Positions 1 through 13,198 of a DNA stretch of 64,000 bases are shown piece by piece. A program made the position numbers and the translations under genes. The stretch's first letter is position 1. Each line of letters begins with the position of its first letter. The stretch comes from Octopus sinensis (Eukaryota): NCBI RefSeq assembly GCF_006345805.1, contig NC_043004.1:48484001-48548000 (forward strand), given 5' to 3'. The notes under the pieces are model-generated. The model searched no databases. It was not told where the DNA came from and saw only the letters and a list, made by a program, of their open reading frames with translations.

Positions 1-1804
1 AAAAGAGCTACATACAACTGTTCATGACAAGATCCACTTCATTTCTGTTCACCTTTCCATGGTGTGCATGTTATCAAAGTTATTGAAAATGCATTAGTAA
101 TGTACACAGCAAATGCTTTAAACAATCTTAACTATAAAACGAAAACAAACATGAAAGCTATATACCAGTATACTTGTGTTGTTAAATGTTCTTAACAAAT
201 TTTATTACACTATATTGTCATATCAGAGTAAAGTGCATTCACTGGACTCAGACTGACAGCCACAGTGATCAACTTATAATAACTGCACTACTGAAGTCTG
301 GATACTAAAAAACACAGTGATATATTACACCTCTCCTCTCTCTCACATACACACACATATTGCTGACATAATCATTTATAAACTTCATGAGAACATTAGA
401 TTAATTCTTTTTTGGAACATTTTCTGTCCCAGGGGTTTTCTGATCCAATATTTACATGATATTTATAGCTCTGTTTGCTTCAAGACGCACGATTACAAAA
501 ATGAATTACATATATTTATATAATGCAGTTTAAAGCATTTCTTAGTCAATTGCTTTCTAAATAATATAACGTAAATGCTGTTTTTATAAATAGATTGTCT
601 TCCCTTTCATTACATTTCATGGTTTTATCTGACAAATAATACAAATATAGTATAATAATTATGTCTTCAATTCTATACTTAAATGTTACTTCTAGAGACC
701 ATACCAAAAATAATACAACAGGAGATGAAACTAGAAAACAAATCATTGCTTTAGCATAAATGGTAGAGCATTTATTGAACCAAAAACCCTATAGTATTTT
801 AGGAGTGGCTCTTTCTTGCTTCTAGTGGCCAATAAAATATATACCAGTCATATATACTTTGCGGCCCCTTTGATCAGCAGCATTCCAGTACAGCCCCACT
901 AAATTTGGCAGTGCGCCTAGTCAACAGAAATCAATAGTAGAAAAAGATAGAGAATTGATGCTACAAGAATCAAATAATTGGTCCATAAGTCAGTGGCTGA
1001 TAGAAGATTGTATTGATTAAATATGAAAAACTGCAAAAGAAAAAAAAAACAACTCTCCACTATTTCTGCTGCATTTCAAAACAACAGTTTCTAAATGTTA
1101 TAAAAATGCACAAACACACATATACACACGGAGAGGGGGATGGGTAGAGAGATGCACACAAAAGTGTATAGACAAAGGATTGGCTATATAGTAGGAAGTT
1201 TGTTCTCAACCAGATGGTTTTGCATTCCGACACACAACATGGCAAATTAGGCAACTAAGCTGTAAACTGACCAAAACTTACAGCGGACAGAGTACAGGGA
1301 AATGAAAGGAGCTGATCATATATGCATCTGTGTGTTACTGTCTCCTTCACTTAATTCAGTGTAAGATTTCTAAACGAGCAGTGCATAATTGAAGTCTTCC
1401 GTGCAAATATATCTAGCAATAAAGAAATATCACCTAAATTGGAAACAACTGAGTTGACAACAAGAAGGACTCTGGTTCTCGAAAATCCATCTTGACAAAT
1501 TCTATCTATCATGGCGAATGCTGGACAGAAGGGTCACAAAGTAAGGGAGAAAAGAAGATAATAAAGTAGTGGTGATCCCAAAACAAAGGTGCGCATGGTG
1601 TATATAACAGAGTTTGTACGTACATGTGGAAGGGGACTGCTCATCTTGATGTGTGTATGTGTAGGTGCGAAAATGTGGGTCTGGGAAGTGGTCGGTGCTA
1701 TGTTGTGACGTTATGTGTTGTGTGCTAGGGAAAGCAAGGATAGGGTGTTTGTTAGGCAGAGGGTGGCGTTAGAGTTGGGGTATGTAGGTAGGCAGAGGGT
1801 GGGG

Positions 1805-2450
1805 TTTTTCTTTTTTTTTTTTCTGTAGTTTCAGCTCAGAGCTGTGGCCAAGTTGATGAACCGCTGTTTTGCTACACTGTTATTACTGAGAGCCTCAAAT
1901 ATTTGGCACATAGCGATGAATGGAGTTTGATGTAGCTACCCTCATTTGCACCTGTTGCAGTGAGGTAGGTTCATCTGGGACTCTCGACAGGAAGATGTCC
2001 AGCTTGGATTGAAAAACGCTTACATATACTTTGTGCAAGTTCCTCAGGCTCTTTGGGAGAATATTAAAAAACTGTGGGCCACTGAAAACAAGGCTGTTGC
2101 AGTAACTGACCCTGAAGCGCGGTGGCGTTACGGGGATCTTTGACACTAAGCAATGTCGTCACGGTCTGGCATTGGTCTAGCTTTCAAAGCCAAAATTTGG
2201 CACACTTCCTCCAGATGTATATTGCTGCATACCTCTTCCATCTCTCCAGGGAAAAGAGTCTTAGCTGTTTCAGCCTTTCCCAGTAGCTGAGCATTTGCAA
2301 AGAGACAGTCTTCTTTGTGAATCTTCTCTGGATTGCTTCAAGGTCTGCTGTGAATTTCACACTGGTGAATGACCATAGCTATGAGCAGTAACCCAGGTGA
2401 CTGAGGACCAATGTCATCAAGAGGACAAGTGACATCAAAAGGACCACATA
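1805..2450 (-). mobile_element. CR1/L2-group LINE 3' fragment (RT C-terminus, 3' UTR, A-rich tail)
   Basis: Minus-strand peptide RHCLVSKIP...YCNSLVFSGPQFFNILPKSLRNLH...FQSKLDIFLSRVPDEP is typical of the CR1-like ORF2 end; frameshifted; A-rich tail at about 1805-1822. Confidence 0.7.
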
Positions 2451-2563
2451 TGTAAGTATATATACAAATATACATACATATATACATACATATATATACA
2501 TACACACATACATATACATACATATATATATATATATATATACAAATGTATATATATACATAC

Positions 2564-2602
<39 letters not shown>

Positions 2603-3204
2603 CAAATGTATATATATACATATATATATATATACAATGTATATATATACATACATATATATATACACAAATGTATATATATACAAACGTATATATATAC
2701 ATATGTACTCATATATATATATACATATATATATATATACAAATGTGTATATATATACAAACGTATATATATACATATATAGATACATATATATACAACC
2801 GTATATAAATACATATATATGAGCATAGATATATAAAGATATACATACATATACACACATCTACATGCACATAAATACATATATATATATACATATATAT
2901 ATATACATACACACATATATATATACATATGTACTCATATATATATATACAAACACATACATCTATAGATATGCATACATACACATACACACACACATAT
3001 ATATATATATATATACATACGCATACATTTGTATATACATACATATATATATACACATACATTTATATAAACATACACATATATACACCTGCATATATAT
3101 ATATTTATATATATACATATATATCTGTGCACATATATAGACAAACATATACATACACAAACATATATACATACATATGCCCACACATAATATGTATATA
3201 TATA

Positions 3205-3248
<44 letters not shown>

Positions 3249-3853
3249 CACACACATATATACGTACACATGGATACACACATATATACATTATAAATTT
3301 ATGTACATATTATACAGTATATCATCATCATCATCATCATCATTTAGCGTCCGTTTTCCATGCTAGCATGTGTTGGACGGTTTAACTGGGGTCTGTGAAG
3401 CCGGGAGGCTTCATCAGGCCCAGTCAGATATTCCGGCATATCGTCAGTTATTACGACAAAACATAAATGCTACAAAGATGATCGTTAAACAAAGGGAAAT
3501 TACTATGAAGTCGACCATTGTTAACACAAACAAAAGAGCTATTAGAATGACCGTTAAGTAAAGGGAAAAAAACCAAAAAAAGGGAGAAAGTAGGAACTGC
3601 TCATAGGATTCACATATACACACATACACATGTGTGCAGGCACACACACACACATATATATATATATACATACATACATATGCTCACTCACACTCGCATG
3701 AAACATATACATGCCCAAACACACACGTATATGTATACATATATAAGCAACCATACACATGTACACGTATACATATCTGGAGACATGTTAAACACACGTA
3801 CGTTCACAATTATATTTATATACATATATGTATGCATATAAATATATGTATAC

Positions 3854-3906
<53 letters not shown>

Positions 3907-4029
3907 CCATATACGTATGTACATATATATAAATGTATACATACATAAAAATATAATTGTGCGCGTATGTGTGTACAGGTGTGTGTGTATATATATATAT
4001 ATATGTATGTATATATGTGTGTGTGTGAG

Positions 4030-4061
<32 letters not shown>

Positions 4062-4440
4062 ATGCAGATATTTGTATATAATGTATATATGTATGCATGT
4101 ACATATACATATATGTATATATATGTGTGTGTGTGTATATATATATGTATATGTATATGTGTATATATATATATACATATCCATATATATATGTATATAT
4201 CTATGAATATGTATACATACAAGTATATATATTTATATATGAATGTATGGCTGTATAATTGTATATACATATGTGGATATATACATATATATGTATGTAT
4301 AATTTTATACACATATCCATGTATATATACATATGCATATATATATATATACATATACAGGTATGTACACATGTGCATATACATACATATATGTATATAT
4401 GCATATATGCACACATATATATGTACATATACACATATAT
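2450..4440. repeat. Compound (TA)n/(CA)n/(TACA)n microsatellite blocks (2450-3320 and 3620-4440)
   Basis: Direct inspection. Confidence 0.95.
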
Positions 4441-5064
4441 ATGCTGAGACATCCTTCGGTCATGACTGACCATGGGATTGCATCAAGAAAGTTACCCTGC
4501 CAGGCACAAGTCCGCGCATGGTTCTTTATGGAAGACCAGCAGTCGCCCATGTATGCCGGCCTCCCCTCTCAACACCACCAGGGTTATCCAAGGCAAAGGC
4601 AAAGTCCGATACAGCTTGGCACCTGTGACGACCAACTTATCTCTACAACTGAGTGAACTGGAGCAACATAAAATAAAGTGTTTTCCTCAAGAATACAACA
4701 TGCACCCCAGTCTGGGATTCGAACTCACAAGCTAATGATTGTAAGCTCGACACTCTAGCCACTGAACCATGCATCTGCATACACATGCACACGCTTGCTC
4801 ACACTGCACACCTACACCTATATGTATACATATATATGCATCCATACATGTGTACACATGCATAACCGCAAACTCAAACACACACATATATATTCATAAG
4901 TACAATTATTTTCATACACACGTCCTTAAATGCACATGCACAAATATTTTGGGTGAAAAGTAATGTGCAGAAAAAATATATAAATATATATAGAAATAAA
5001 ATATAAACAGAATATGAAAAACATGTAAAAATTTTTGAAAACATATATGTAAGAAATGAAGTTC

Positions 5065-5295
5065 TTATACATGGACACAATATAAAACGCAGGTTCTATC
5101 TGTGATCTTGAGAGAACAAAAAGATAAATATTCAGCCATATGTGAGCATGATCCAAAAAGTTCAGTTCTTGAACTTAGACATGAAGCAAGTTCTAAGCTG
5201 CTTTTCCAGATGAGCCGTCTTTCCATATCACAAAGACAGCATTTTTCCACTGTCTTTGTTGTAAGGCTTACACTCAGCTAAGATCTTCCAATGGA
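5065..5295 (-). mobile_element. Penelope-like element fragment (GIY-YIG endonuclease C-terminus)
   Basis: WKILAECKPYNKDSGKCCLCDMERRLI...LSSRTELFGSCSH resembles the PLE motif W-x-I-L...PY...C-x-LC-x-x-E...LN-x-R-x-E-L...C-x-H. Confidence 0.55.
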
Positions 5296-5339
5296 GGTTA
5301 TATATACATGTATATATAACACAACCACACCGAGAAGAC

Positions 5340-5759
5340 AAAAAGATCCACTTTAGTGAATCGAAAACGAGTGATGTTTCATAAGGACAATACGTGAATC
5401 AACACAGCAAAGATCACATCACAGAAGATCAAAGAGCTTTGTTGGGAAAAAATTCCTCATCCACCTTATTCTCCCGACCTTGCTCCTTCAGACTACCATT
5501 TGTTCCGTAGTTTATAGAATCATTCGGTGGACATAACTTTCGCAAAGCAAGAGGAGGTTGAAACTGACATTTCAAAGTTCTTCGCTTTGAAACCAAAAGA
5601 GTTTTACAATGATGGGATTAAAAAGCTTGTAAATAGATGGAAGGAAGTCATAGATAATTAGGGAAAGTACATTGATGATTAAATTTCAATTAGATATAAC
5701 ATTTGATCACTTGTTTTCTTTATTCTAAATTGGGACAGAACTTATGGGATGACCCGATA
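5340..5759 (+). mobile_element. Degenerate mariner (DD34D) transposase 3' part with right TIR
   Basis: FHKDN...KIKELCWEKIPHPPYSPDLAPSDYHLFRSL*...GIKKLVNRWKEVIDN*GKYIDD*, with in-frame stops. TIR-like gggacagaacttatgggatgacccga followed by TA. Confidence 0.9.
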
Positions 5760-5779
5760 TATTCTTTTATTCTTCTATT

Positions 5780-6115
5780 ACTTTCAATCATTTGACTGCA
5801 GCTATGATGCCTTTAGCCAAAGAAATGGACCCGAGGAGTTATTCTATGTAAGCCTAGTACTTATTCTATCAATCTCTTTTGCTGAACAAAGTTACGGGGG
5901 ACGTAAACACACCAGCATCGGTTATCAAACGATGCGGTGGGGGGACAAACACAAATATATTCACAGATATATGACAGGCTTCTTTCAGTTTCCGCCGACC
6001 AAATCCACTTACAAGGCTATAGTAGACACTTGCCCAAGGTGTCACAATAATGGACTAAACTCGAAATTATGTGGCTCATAAGCAAGCTACTTACCACACA
6101 GCCACTCCCAAGCCT
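5780..6115 (-). mobile_element. SINE family A copy, reverse
   Basis: Ends ...aagctacttaccacacagccactcc, the reverse complement of the family head. Confidence 0.8.
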
Positions 6116-6159
6116 AAAAAATGATGGCACCAACTTAATTGATTTTCAAACCATATAGG

Positions 6160-6212
6160 GTTTTCAATATATATACACATATATACACAAACATATGTAT
6201 AAATATACATAC

Positions 6213-6243
<31 letters not shown>

Positions 6244-6359
6244 TGTGTGTGTATACATATATATACATAACTATGCATATATATATACATATATATATGT
6301 GTGTTTGTATATATATATATATGTGTGTGTGTATACATGTGTGTGTACATATATATGTG

Positions 6360-6422
<63 letters not shown>

Positions 6423-6556
6423 ATACATATTGTGTGCATATATATGTGTATATATATTATGTGTGTGTGTATACATATGTGTGCATATAATGTGTATATA
6501 TATATACATAGACCTATGTATGTATATGTGTGTGTATATATATATATATATGTTTA

Positions 6557-6588
<32 letters not shown>

Positions 6589-6755
6589 CATAGACCTATG
6601 TATGTATATGTGTGTGTATATATATATATATATGTTTTATATATATATATATATATATATACATACATAGACCTATTATGTATATGTGTGTGTATATATA
6701 TATATATATACATACATAGACCTATGTATGTATATTGTGTGTTATATATATATAT

Positions 6756-6800
<45 letters not shown>

Positions 6801-6843
6801 CATAGACCTATGTATGTATATGTGTGTGTATATATATATATAT

Positions 6844-6882
<39 letters not shown>

Positions 6883-7083
6883 CATAGACCTATGTATGTA
6901 TATGTGTGTGTATATATATATATATGTGTTATATATATATATATATATATATATACATACATAGACCTATGTATGTATATGTGTTATATATATATATATA
7001 TATAGTTTATTATATATATATATAATATATATATATACATACATAGACCTATGTATGTATATGTGTGTATTATATATATATAT

Positions 7084-7156
<73 letters not shown>

Positions 7157-7242
7157 ACATAAATGTGTGTATATATTATATATAAAACAGATGCATTTAC
7201 ATATATGTACATATAAATACATATATATAGAGATACACATAT

Positions 7243-7298
<56 letters not shown>

Positions 7299-7390
7299 TA
7301 GAAATAGATATATACATATAAATATGCAAATATAAGATACAACACACACACATATATATATATATATATACATATATATTCATATTTACT
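6160..7390. repeat. AT-rich compound satellite including 8 units with a CATACATAG-AC-CTATGTATG core and a (GA)n tract
   Basis: agacctat recurs 8 times between 6505 and 7060. Confidence 0.9.
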
Positions 7391-7590
7391 GTGTATTTGG
7401 GAAATTCTGTCTGCTGGTGAGTTTGTGGAGGTGTTTGCTAAAATGCCCTACATTGTTTTATCAGTTTTGATGAAACTTGACACAAGTAGAATTCATGTCT
7501 GGAAACCTCATGGCTAAGTCAGATTGCTGAAAAGCCAATAATGGGGCCCCTAGTAGGGATCGTTATATATATATATATATATATATATCT

Positions 7591-7910
7591 CATCATCATC
7601 ATCGTCGTTTAACGTCCGTTCTCCATGCTAGCATGGGTTGGACGGTTCGACCGGGGTTCTGGGAAGCCAGAAGGCTGCACCAGGCTCCAGTCTAATTTGG
7701 CAATGTTTCTACAGCTGGATGCCCTTCCTAACGCCAACCACTCCGTGAGTGTAGTGGGTGCTTTTTACGTGCCACCTGCACAGGTGCCAGGCGGGGCTGG
7801 CAACGGCCACGGTCAGATTGGTGTATTTTATGTGCCACCGGCACGGAAGCCAGTCGAGGCGGTGCTGGCATCGGCCACGAGTCGGATAGTGCTTTTTACG
7901 TACCACGAAC
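7591..7910. mobile_element. Family B element (RTE-tail-like SINE) with (CAT)n end
   Basis: catcatcatcgtcgtttaacgtccgttctccatgctagcatgggttggac...ggatgcccttcctaacgccaaccactcc. Homologues at 3322-3430, 16400-16570, 27040-27300, 28500-28790, 54470-54560 and 63760-63845. Confidence 0.8.
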
Positions 7911-8059
7911 CATATATATATATATATATATTATATATATGCTTAATTCTTAGTATTTGAACTATTGGAGTTATTTTCGCAATATATCCAGTACAACCCT
8001 TAAACAATTATATAGTATTTTACTAAACAATAGATCCACTTCTTTCGGTTAGTGCCTTT

Positions 8060-8627
8060 TTGGTATATATATGAATATACACATATATATATGTATAAAT
8101 ACATACACATATGTATATATACATACATATATAAACATACATGTATACACATATATATACATACATATATATACACATATTTACATATATGTATTGATAT
8201 ACATACACATTTATATATATACACGTACATACATGTATTGATATATATACGCATTTATATATATGCACATATTTATATATGTGTGTGTATATATATATAC
8301 ACACACACACATCTATATTTATGTATATACACACATTTATACATATATGTACACATAAATATACATACATTTATACATATATATTCATACATATACATAC
8401 ATATATACACAAATTTCTACAAATATTTATACATATACATATATGTGTGTGTATATATATATACACACACACACATCTATATTTATGTATATACACACAT
8501 TTATACATATATGTACACATAAATATACATACATTTATACATATATATTCATACATATACATACATATATACACAAATTTCTACAATATTTCTACATATA
8601 CATATATGTGTGTGTGTGTGTGTATAT

Positions 8628-8658
<31 letters not shown>

Positions 8659-8667
8659 TATATATAC
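8060..8667. repeat. AT/CA low-complexity block with a 164-bp tandem duplication
   Basis: The aaatttctacaa anchor occurs at 8411 and 8575. Confidence 0.85.
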
Positions 8668-9335
8668 AGGCGCAGGAATGCCTGTGTGGCAAGAAGCTTA
8701 CTCCTTAATGTGATGGCCCCCAGTTCAGTTCCATTGAATGGAACCTGGCTCAAATTACCCCTACTATAGCCTTGGGCTGGCCCTGACCAAGGGCTTGTGT
8801 GGATTTGGTAGGCAGGAAGTGAAAAAAAAACACATCACACAGATATACAGATACAAGTGTGTTTGTCTGTTACCCACTATTGCTTAAGAACCCATGCTGA
8901 TGGGTTTACTTACCCATAAGTTAGGGTTTTGGCAAAAAGGACTTATAGAGAGAATACAGGGCTTAAAAACAAGTACTGAGGTTGATTTGCTTGATCTACG
9001 GCTTCCCAACCACATAGTTCCGGATCCAGTCGCACTGCATGTCACCTTAGGGCAAGTCTGTTCTATTGTGTAGCCTCAGGCTAACAAAGGCTTGTGCGTG
9101 GATACGATAGACAAAAACTGAAAGAACCTTGTCCTGTGTGTGTATGTGTGTGTGTGTGTGCGTGAATGCATGTCTGTCTTTGTCTCGCACCGTCACTTGA
9201 CAAGCAGTGTTGGTGTGTTTACGTCCCTGTAATCTAGATGCTCAGCATGGGAAACTGATAGAATAAGTAACAAGGTTTTAAAAAGAAAGGTATTGAGATC
9301 GATTCGTTCGACTAAAATTTTTGAAGGCTGTGTCT
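8668..9335 (+). mobile_element. Two tandem diverged SINE family A copies
   Basis: aggcgcaggaatgcctgtgtgg head at 8668; second head region gcttcccaaccacatagttcc at about 9001; both carry the gatagaataagt body. Confidence 0.7.
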
Positions 9336-10692
9336 GCTTGCAGGGCAGTATAACGACAAAAACAATTTAAAATAAAAATGTTTTTCACAAAGTTTGACGC
9401 AGGGAGCAAAAGCAAAAAAAAAAAAAAAAAAATCTAGTTGGATCACCAGTTTCAAATAAATATACTCTAGGTCATATATTGAGTACTTTCTGTTGTGTGC
9501 TCTACCAATAAATTTGTGTGCGTGCGCGACTGTGTATGCTTGCTTGTGCACGTGTATATTTGAAGAGAGAGAGACAGACGGACGGACGGATGGAAAGAGA
9601 GAAGGGATTGAGCTTGAAATATTGTGCTTGTGTGTGTACGTGTGTGTGTGAGTGTGTGCCCAGCTAAAAATAATTGCCAGGAAGAGATCAGGAGCCATTG
9701 CTAGCTTGCTGACTAGCTAGCAAGCTGGCAATGTTTTCAGCTGACTAAAGGCTGCTCAACCAGTCACCACCAACCAACCGTTTTCCCCTACCCCTCCTCT
9801 CATCATGCAACTCCTTCCCTCTCTCTCTTTCTTTATGTTTACCATCACCACTACTGCTTTTATCAACGCTGGCGGTGGTGCTACTACCACCACCGCTGCC
9901 ACCACCACCACCACCACCACAACAGCACTATGATTGCACCTCCACCATGCCCACCACTTCCTGTACCAGTGTGCCCACTGCACTCCACACCAATCTAAGC
10001 CAGATATAAACAAGCAACCGTAACAACCCTACATAGTGTTACACCAATGAGAATGCTTGTGATTGAAGTTGTTTTCCTTTTTTCTTTTTGTAATTCAGTG
10101 CAAATTTTATCAGAATCTTTCACACACGTATTATGTGTGCGAGTGTATATATATATATATAAACACACAAAAAGCCTTTTCCTTACAGATCGCTACTCCG
10201 AATCTCTCCTTTCCCGCTGCACTATATTCACCCATGTTTCTTTCCCAAAGTAGATTTCTTGATTCTTATCCATCTCATACATAGGCTCTGTGTAAAAATT
10301 CTAGGGGTTCCTACTAAATAAGGTATCTTATAAATAAAATTTAATATATTTTGTAATAATTCGCCCATTTTTTCAAAATAATGTTTTGTTTTGTTTTGCT
10401 TTTGGATGAAGAAATTCGTTCTCGAAAACAATTTTTTTCATTTATACGATGTCGGAGGAAAATGTAAAACGGGTTCCAAAATTTTTAGAAAATTATACGA
10501 GGGTCCAACTAACACGAAATAAGTTTGAATGCTATAAGTATTTGCTCTTGTAACCAGTTATTGCACACACACATATTTAATATATACACAAACAGAATAC
10601 AGAACACTAATGCATATACACAACGCTTCAGCAAAACCTTCGGTGTGCTGGCTAAAAGTGCAAAACGCATAAATACCCTCTGTGTGTGTATG

Positions 10693-10733
<41 letters not shown>

Positions 10734-12970
10734 CGCGCGCAGAATATGTAACTTGTGTGAACTTAGTCATTGGATAAATGGAGACCAAGAAAATATGTAC
10801 TGACCAAGTACTGGTGTCGATATAACTGACAAAAATACCTAGCAATGTGTCCCAGCGTGACAGAACTCTAGTTACCGAAACCAATTAAAGACACAAAAAA
10901 ACTACAAAGGCGCATGTGTGTGTACACGTGCGTGTACGAGTGTGTAAATATAAGAGTTTTAAACAAAGGGAATGGAAAAGAATAAAAGAAATTATTATAA
11001 CATGCAAAATAAAAGAAATAAAGAGAAAAAAAGTATATTAATTTGTTGTGTGCGTGTCAGAATTAGGTCTAACGGAGGTACTTTCCTTCTGACTGTCCTA
11101 TTGTTAAAAAAAAATCCTGGCCTAAATAATAAAAACTAACTTGAGAATTTTATTAAACCCATCATTTTTATTGCTAATTAACTTGTCAGTGGTGAAATCA
11201 TTTGCGTGTTAGGCATTTATAACAAAACTAAACGTGGACCTTCACAACAAGTAAACATTCTCAAACTTGAGATGCACAAATATGAGAATAGAGCAAGGAA
11301 GACCAAGAGACTATGGGTTCATACCTTACAACATTATTAGAGGTTAGTTAAATTAAGCTTCTGATACGACTTACTGTGCAGATGGCCTACAGCAATAGAA
11401 GACTAAATTACTGTAAACTCATGGCTAATCACTTACGCGTTCTGAGTTCAAAACCCACTGTAACTGACTTTGCTTAAAATCTATCAGGGGTCAAGAAAAC
11501 AAGTATCATTTATATCCTCCCCTGAGTGACAAACATAATGACTCAATTAACACCACTGTGGAAGTATTGAGTACATGGAAATGAAGATTAGCTTTGTATT
11601 CTTTAACAAAAAACTGAATCTTTCAGCATCTTATTCCTTTCAATACTTACATGAAGATTGAATATTGAATATTGAATTTCACTGTTTAGAAGATATATAA
11701 TGATGATAACAATAATGATTTGGTATGGCCTTATAAAACCACACTAACCTAAAACCAATATAAAATAAAAACTATATAAATGATGTTTCATATTCGCCAA
11801 CATGGTTGCTGGATATTCAGCTGTGAATCACATTTGTCCTAATACTATTTAACAGAATACAGAAATTAAAATAACACACACGCATTTACGTAAGATGGGT
11901 AAATGCACGAACGGATATGTGGTTAAAAACTTCTGCATTTGAAGTTTTAGAGAATTTTGGGTCAATGCAATCCTCGAGACTGGGTGGTCAGAAACTGGTT
12001 TGAAGCCTATCAAATGTACTGTTCCTGTAATTCAAATGGCCAACCTTGTCACATACACTGTGTCACACCGAATCTGTATGAGAATCAACAAGGGTCATGT
12101 ATTTGTCCAGTACTCAAATACTTACATTAAGGTTGAACAAAGGAATTATTTAGCAGACCAAAAAATTGGAATACCGACCATGAAAATCAATGGAGATCCA
12201 CATACATCACATACACACTCAACCTCTAAGAAATAGAAAACAAATTTCTCTCAAACCACTGTTAGCCCCTAACATTCACTACTGTGTTCATACTCTTTGA
12301 TCCTGTTATAATCTAAAACTTGGATTACATTTGATCATGAGATCTACAGGATCCAAGCTGACCTTAGGTTAAACCATAACAGATACAACCACTAATACTA
12401 AGTACAGTACTCTATACATTAGATAATGTAGTCCAAGATACATAATTTGGTCAGAATAGGATCCAATGCCATGGTTGGAACTCTATTTTTGGTTTGCTGG
12501 ATTAGGGCTGGCAGAGTTAAACAACTATCAAGTGGGTACACTATAAAATCATAATTTTTAGACAGGAAAAGAACAAAACAAAAATGTTTTGTTTTTTTAA
12601 TCATGTGGAACAATTCCTACAATAATTCCTTTTTTGGGGGTTTGAAACTGCCAGGTAAAAATTTACATTTACTGAATTATCTATGGTACTAATTTAGCAT
12701 ATTGAGTTACTAACTCACTATGAGGACCAGCTCAAGGTACTAGCAACTTGGACAGTCATCCAGGGTGCCAAGGAGGCCATGAAAAAGACAAAGAAATTTC
12801 CATGACCATCAGCTTGTACACGCCGAAGTTCAGCTTGTCCAAGGTACCAGCAACCCAAGGGCCAGCCCTGCTCACTATCCCTAGATCCTTTGAGTACCAT
12901 GCCTCTAATTACTCTCATCTTAAACAGTTATAGATTACCTTAGAATTCTGACTTACTGCTTATAGGTAGC

Positions 12971-13198
12971 TTAACTCTTTAACATTCAGATTAGTCTGTC
13001 AAGTGTAATGCTTATATATTCACATTAATTTGAATTACTCATGCATTGTCTTGTAGCATTGAGACTTCAATGATATGATTGTTTATTTTTAGAATGACAT
13101 TGTTGTGTAGGTGTGAGAGGCTGGATCTGGCCAGTCTGTGCATAAAACGAGTAGGATATTTGGGCCAGATGTAGGAGATTGAAATGGTAAAGGGTTAA
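12971..13198. mobile_element. TTAA-flanked piggyBac-like MITE, family P1
   Basis: ttaactctttaacatt...aaatggtaaagggttaa; internal sequence homologous to the copies at 23876, 25013, 30001 and 16990. Confidence 0.75.

Noticed and set aside
2338-8713. Dozens of long ORFs rich in Y/I/C/V/H/T (also at 33600-36400, 37750-38115, 46351-46760 and 54480-55016)
   Set aside because: They are translations of (TA)n/(CA)n microsatellites, which rarely contain stop codons; no coding signal.
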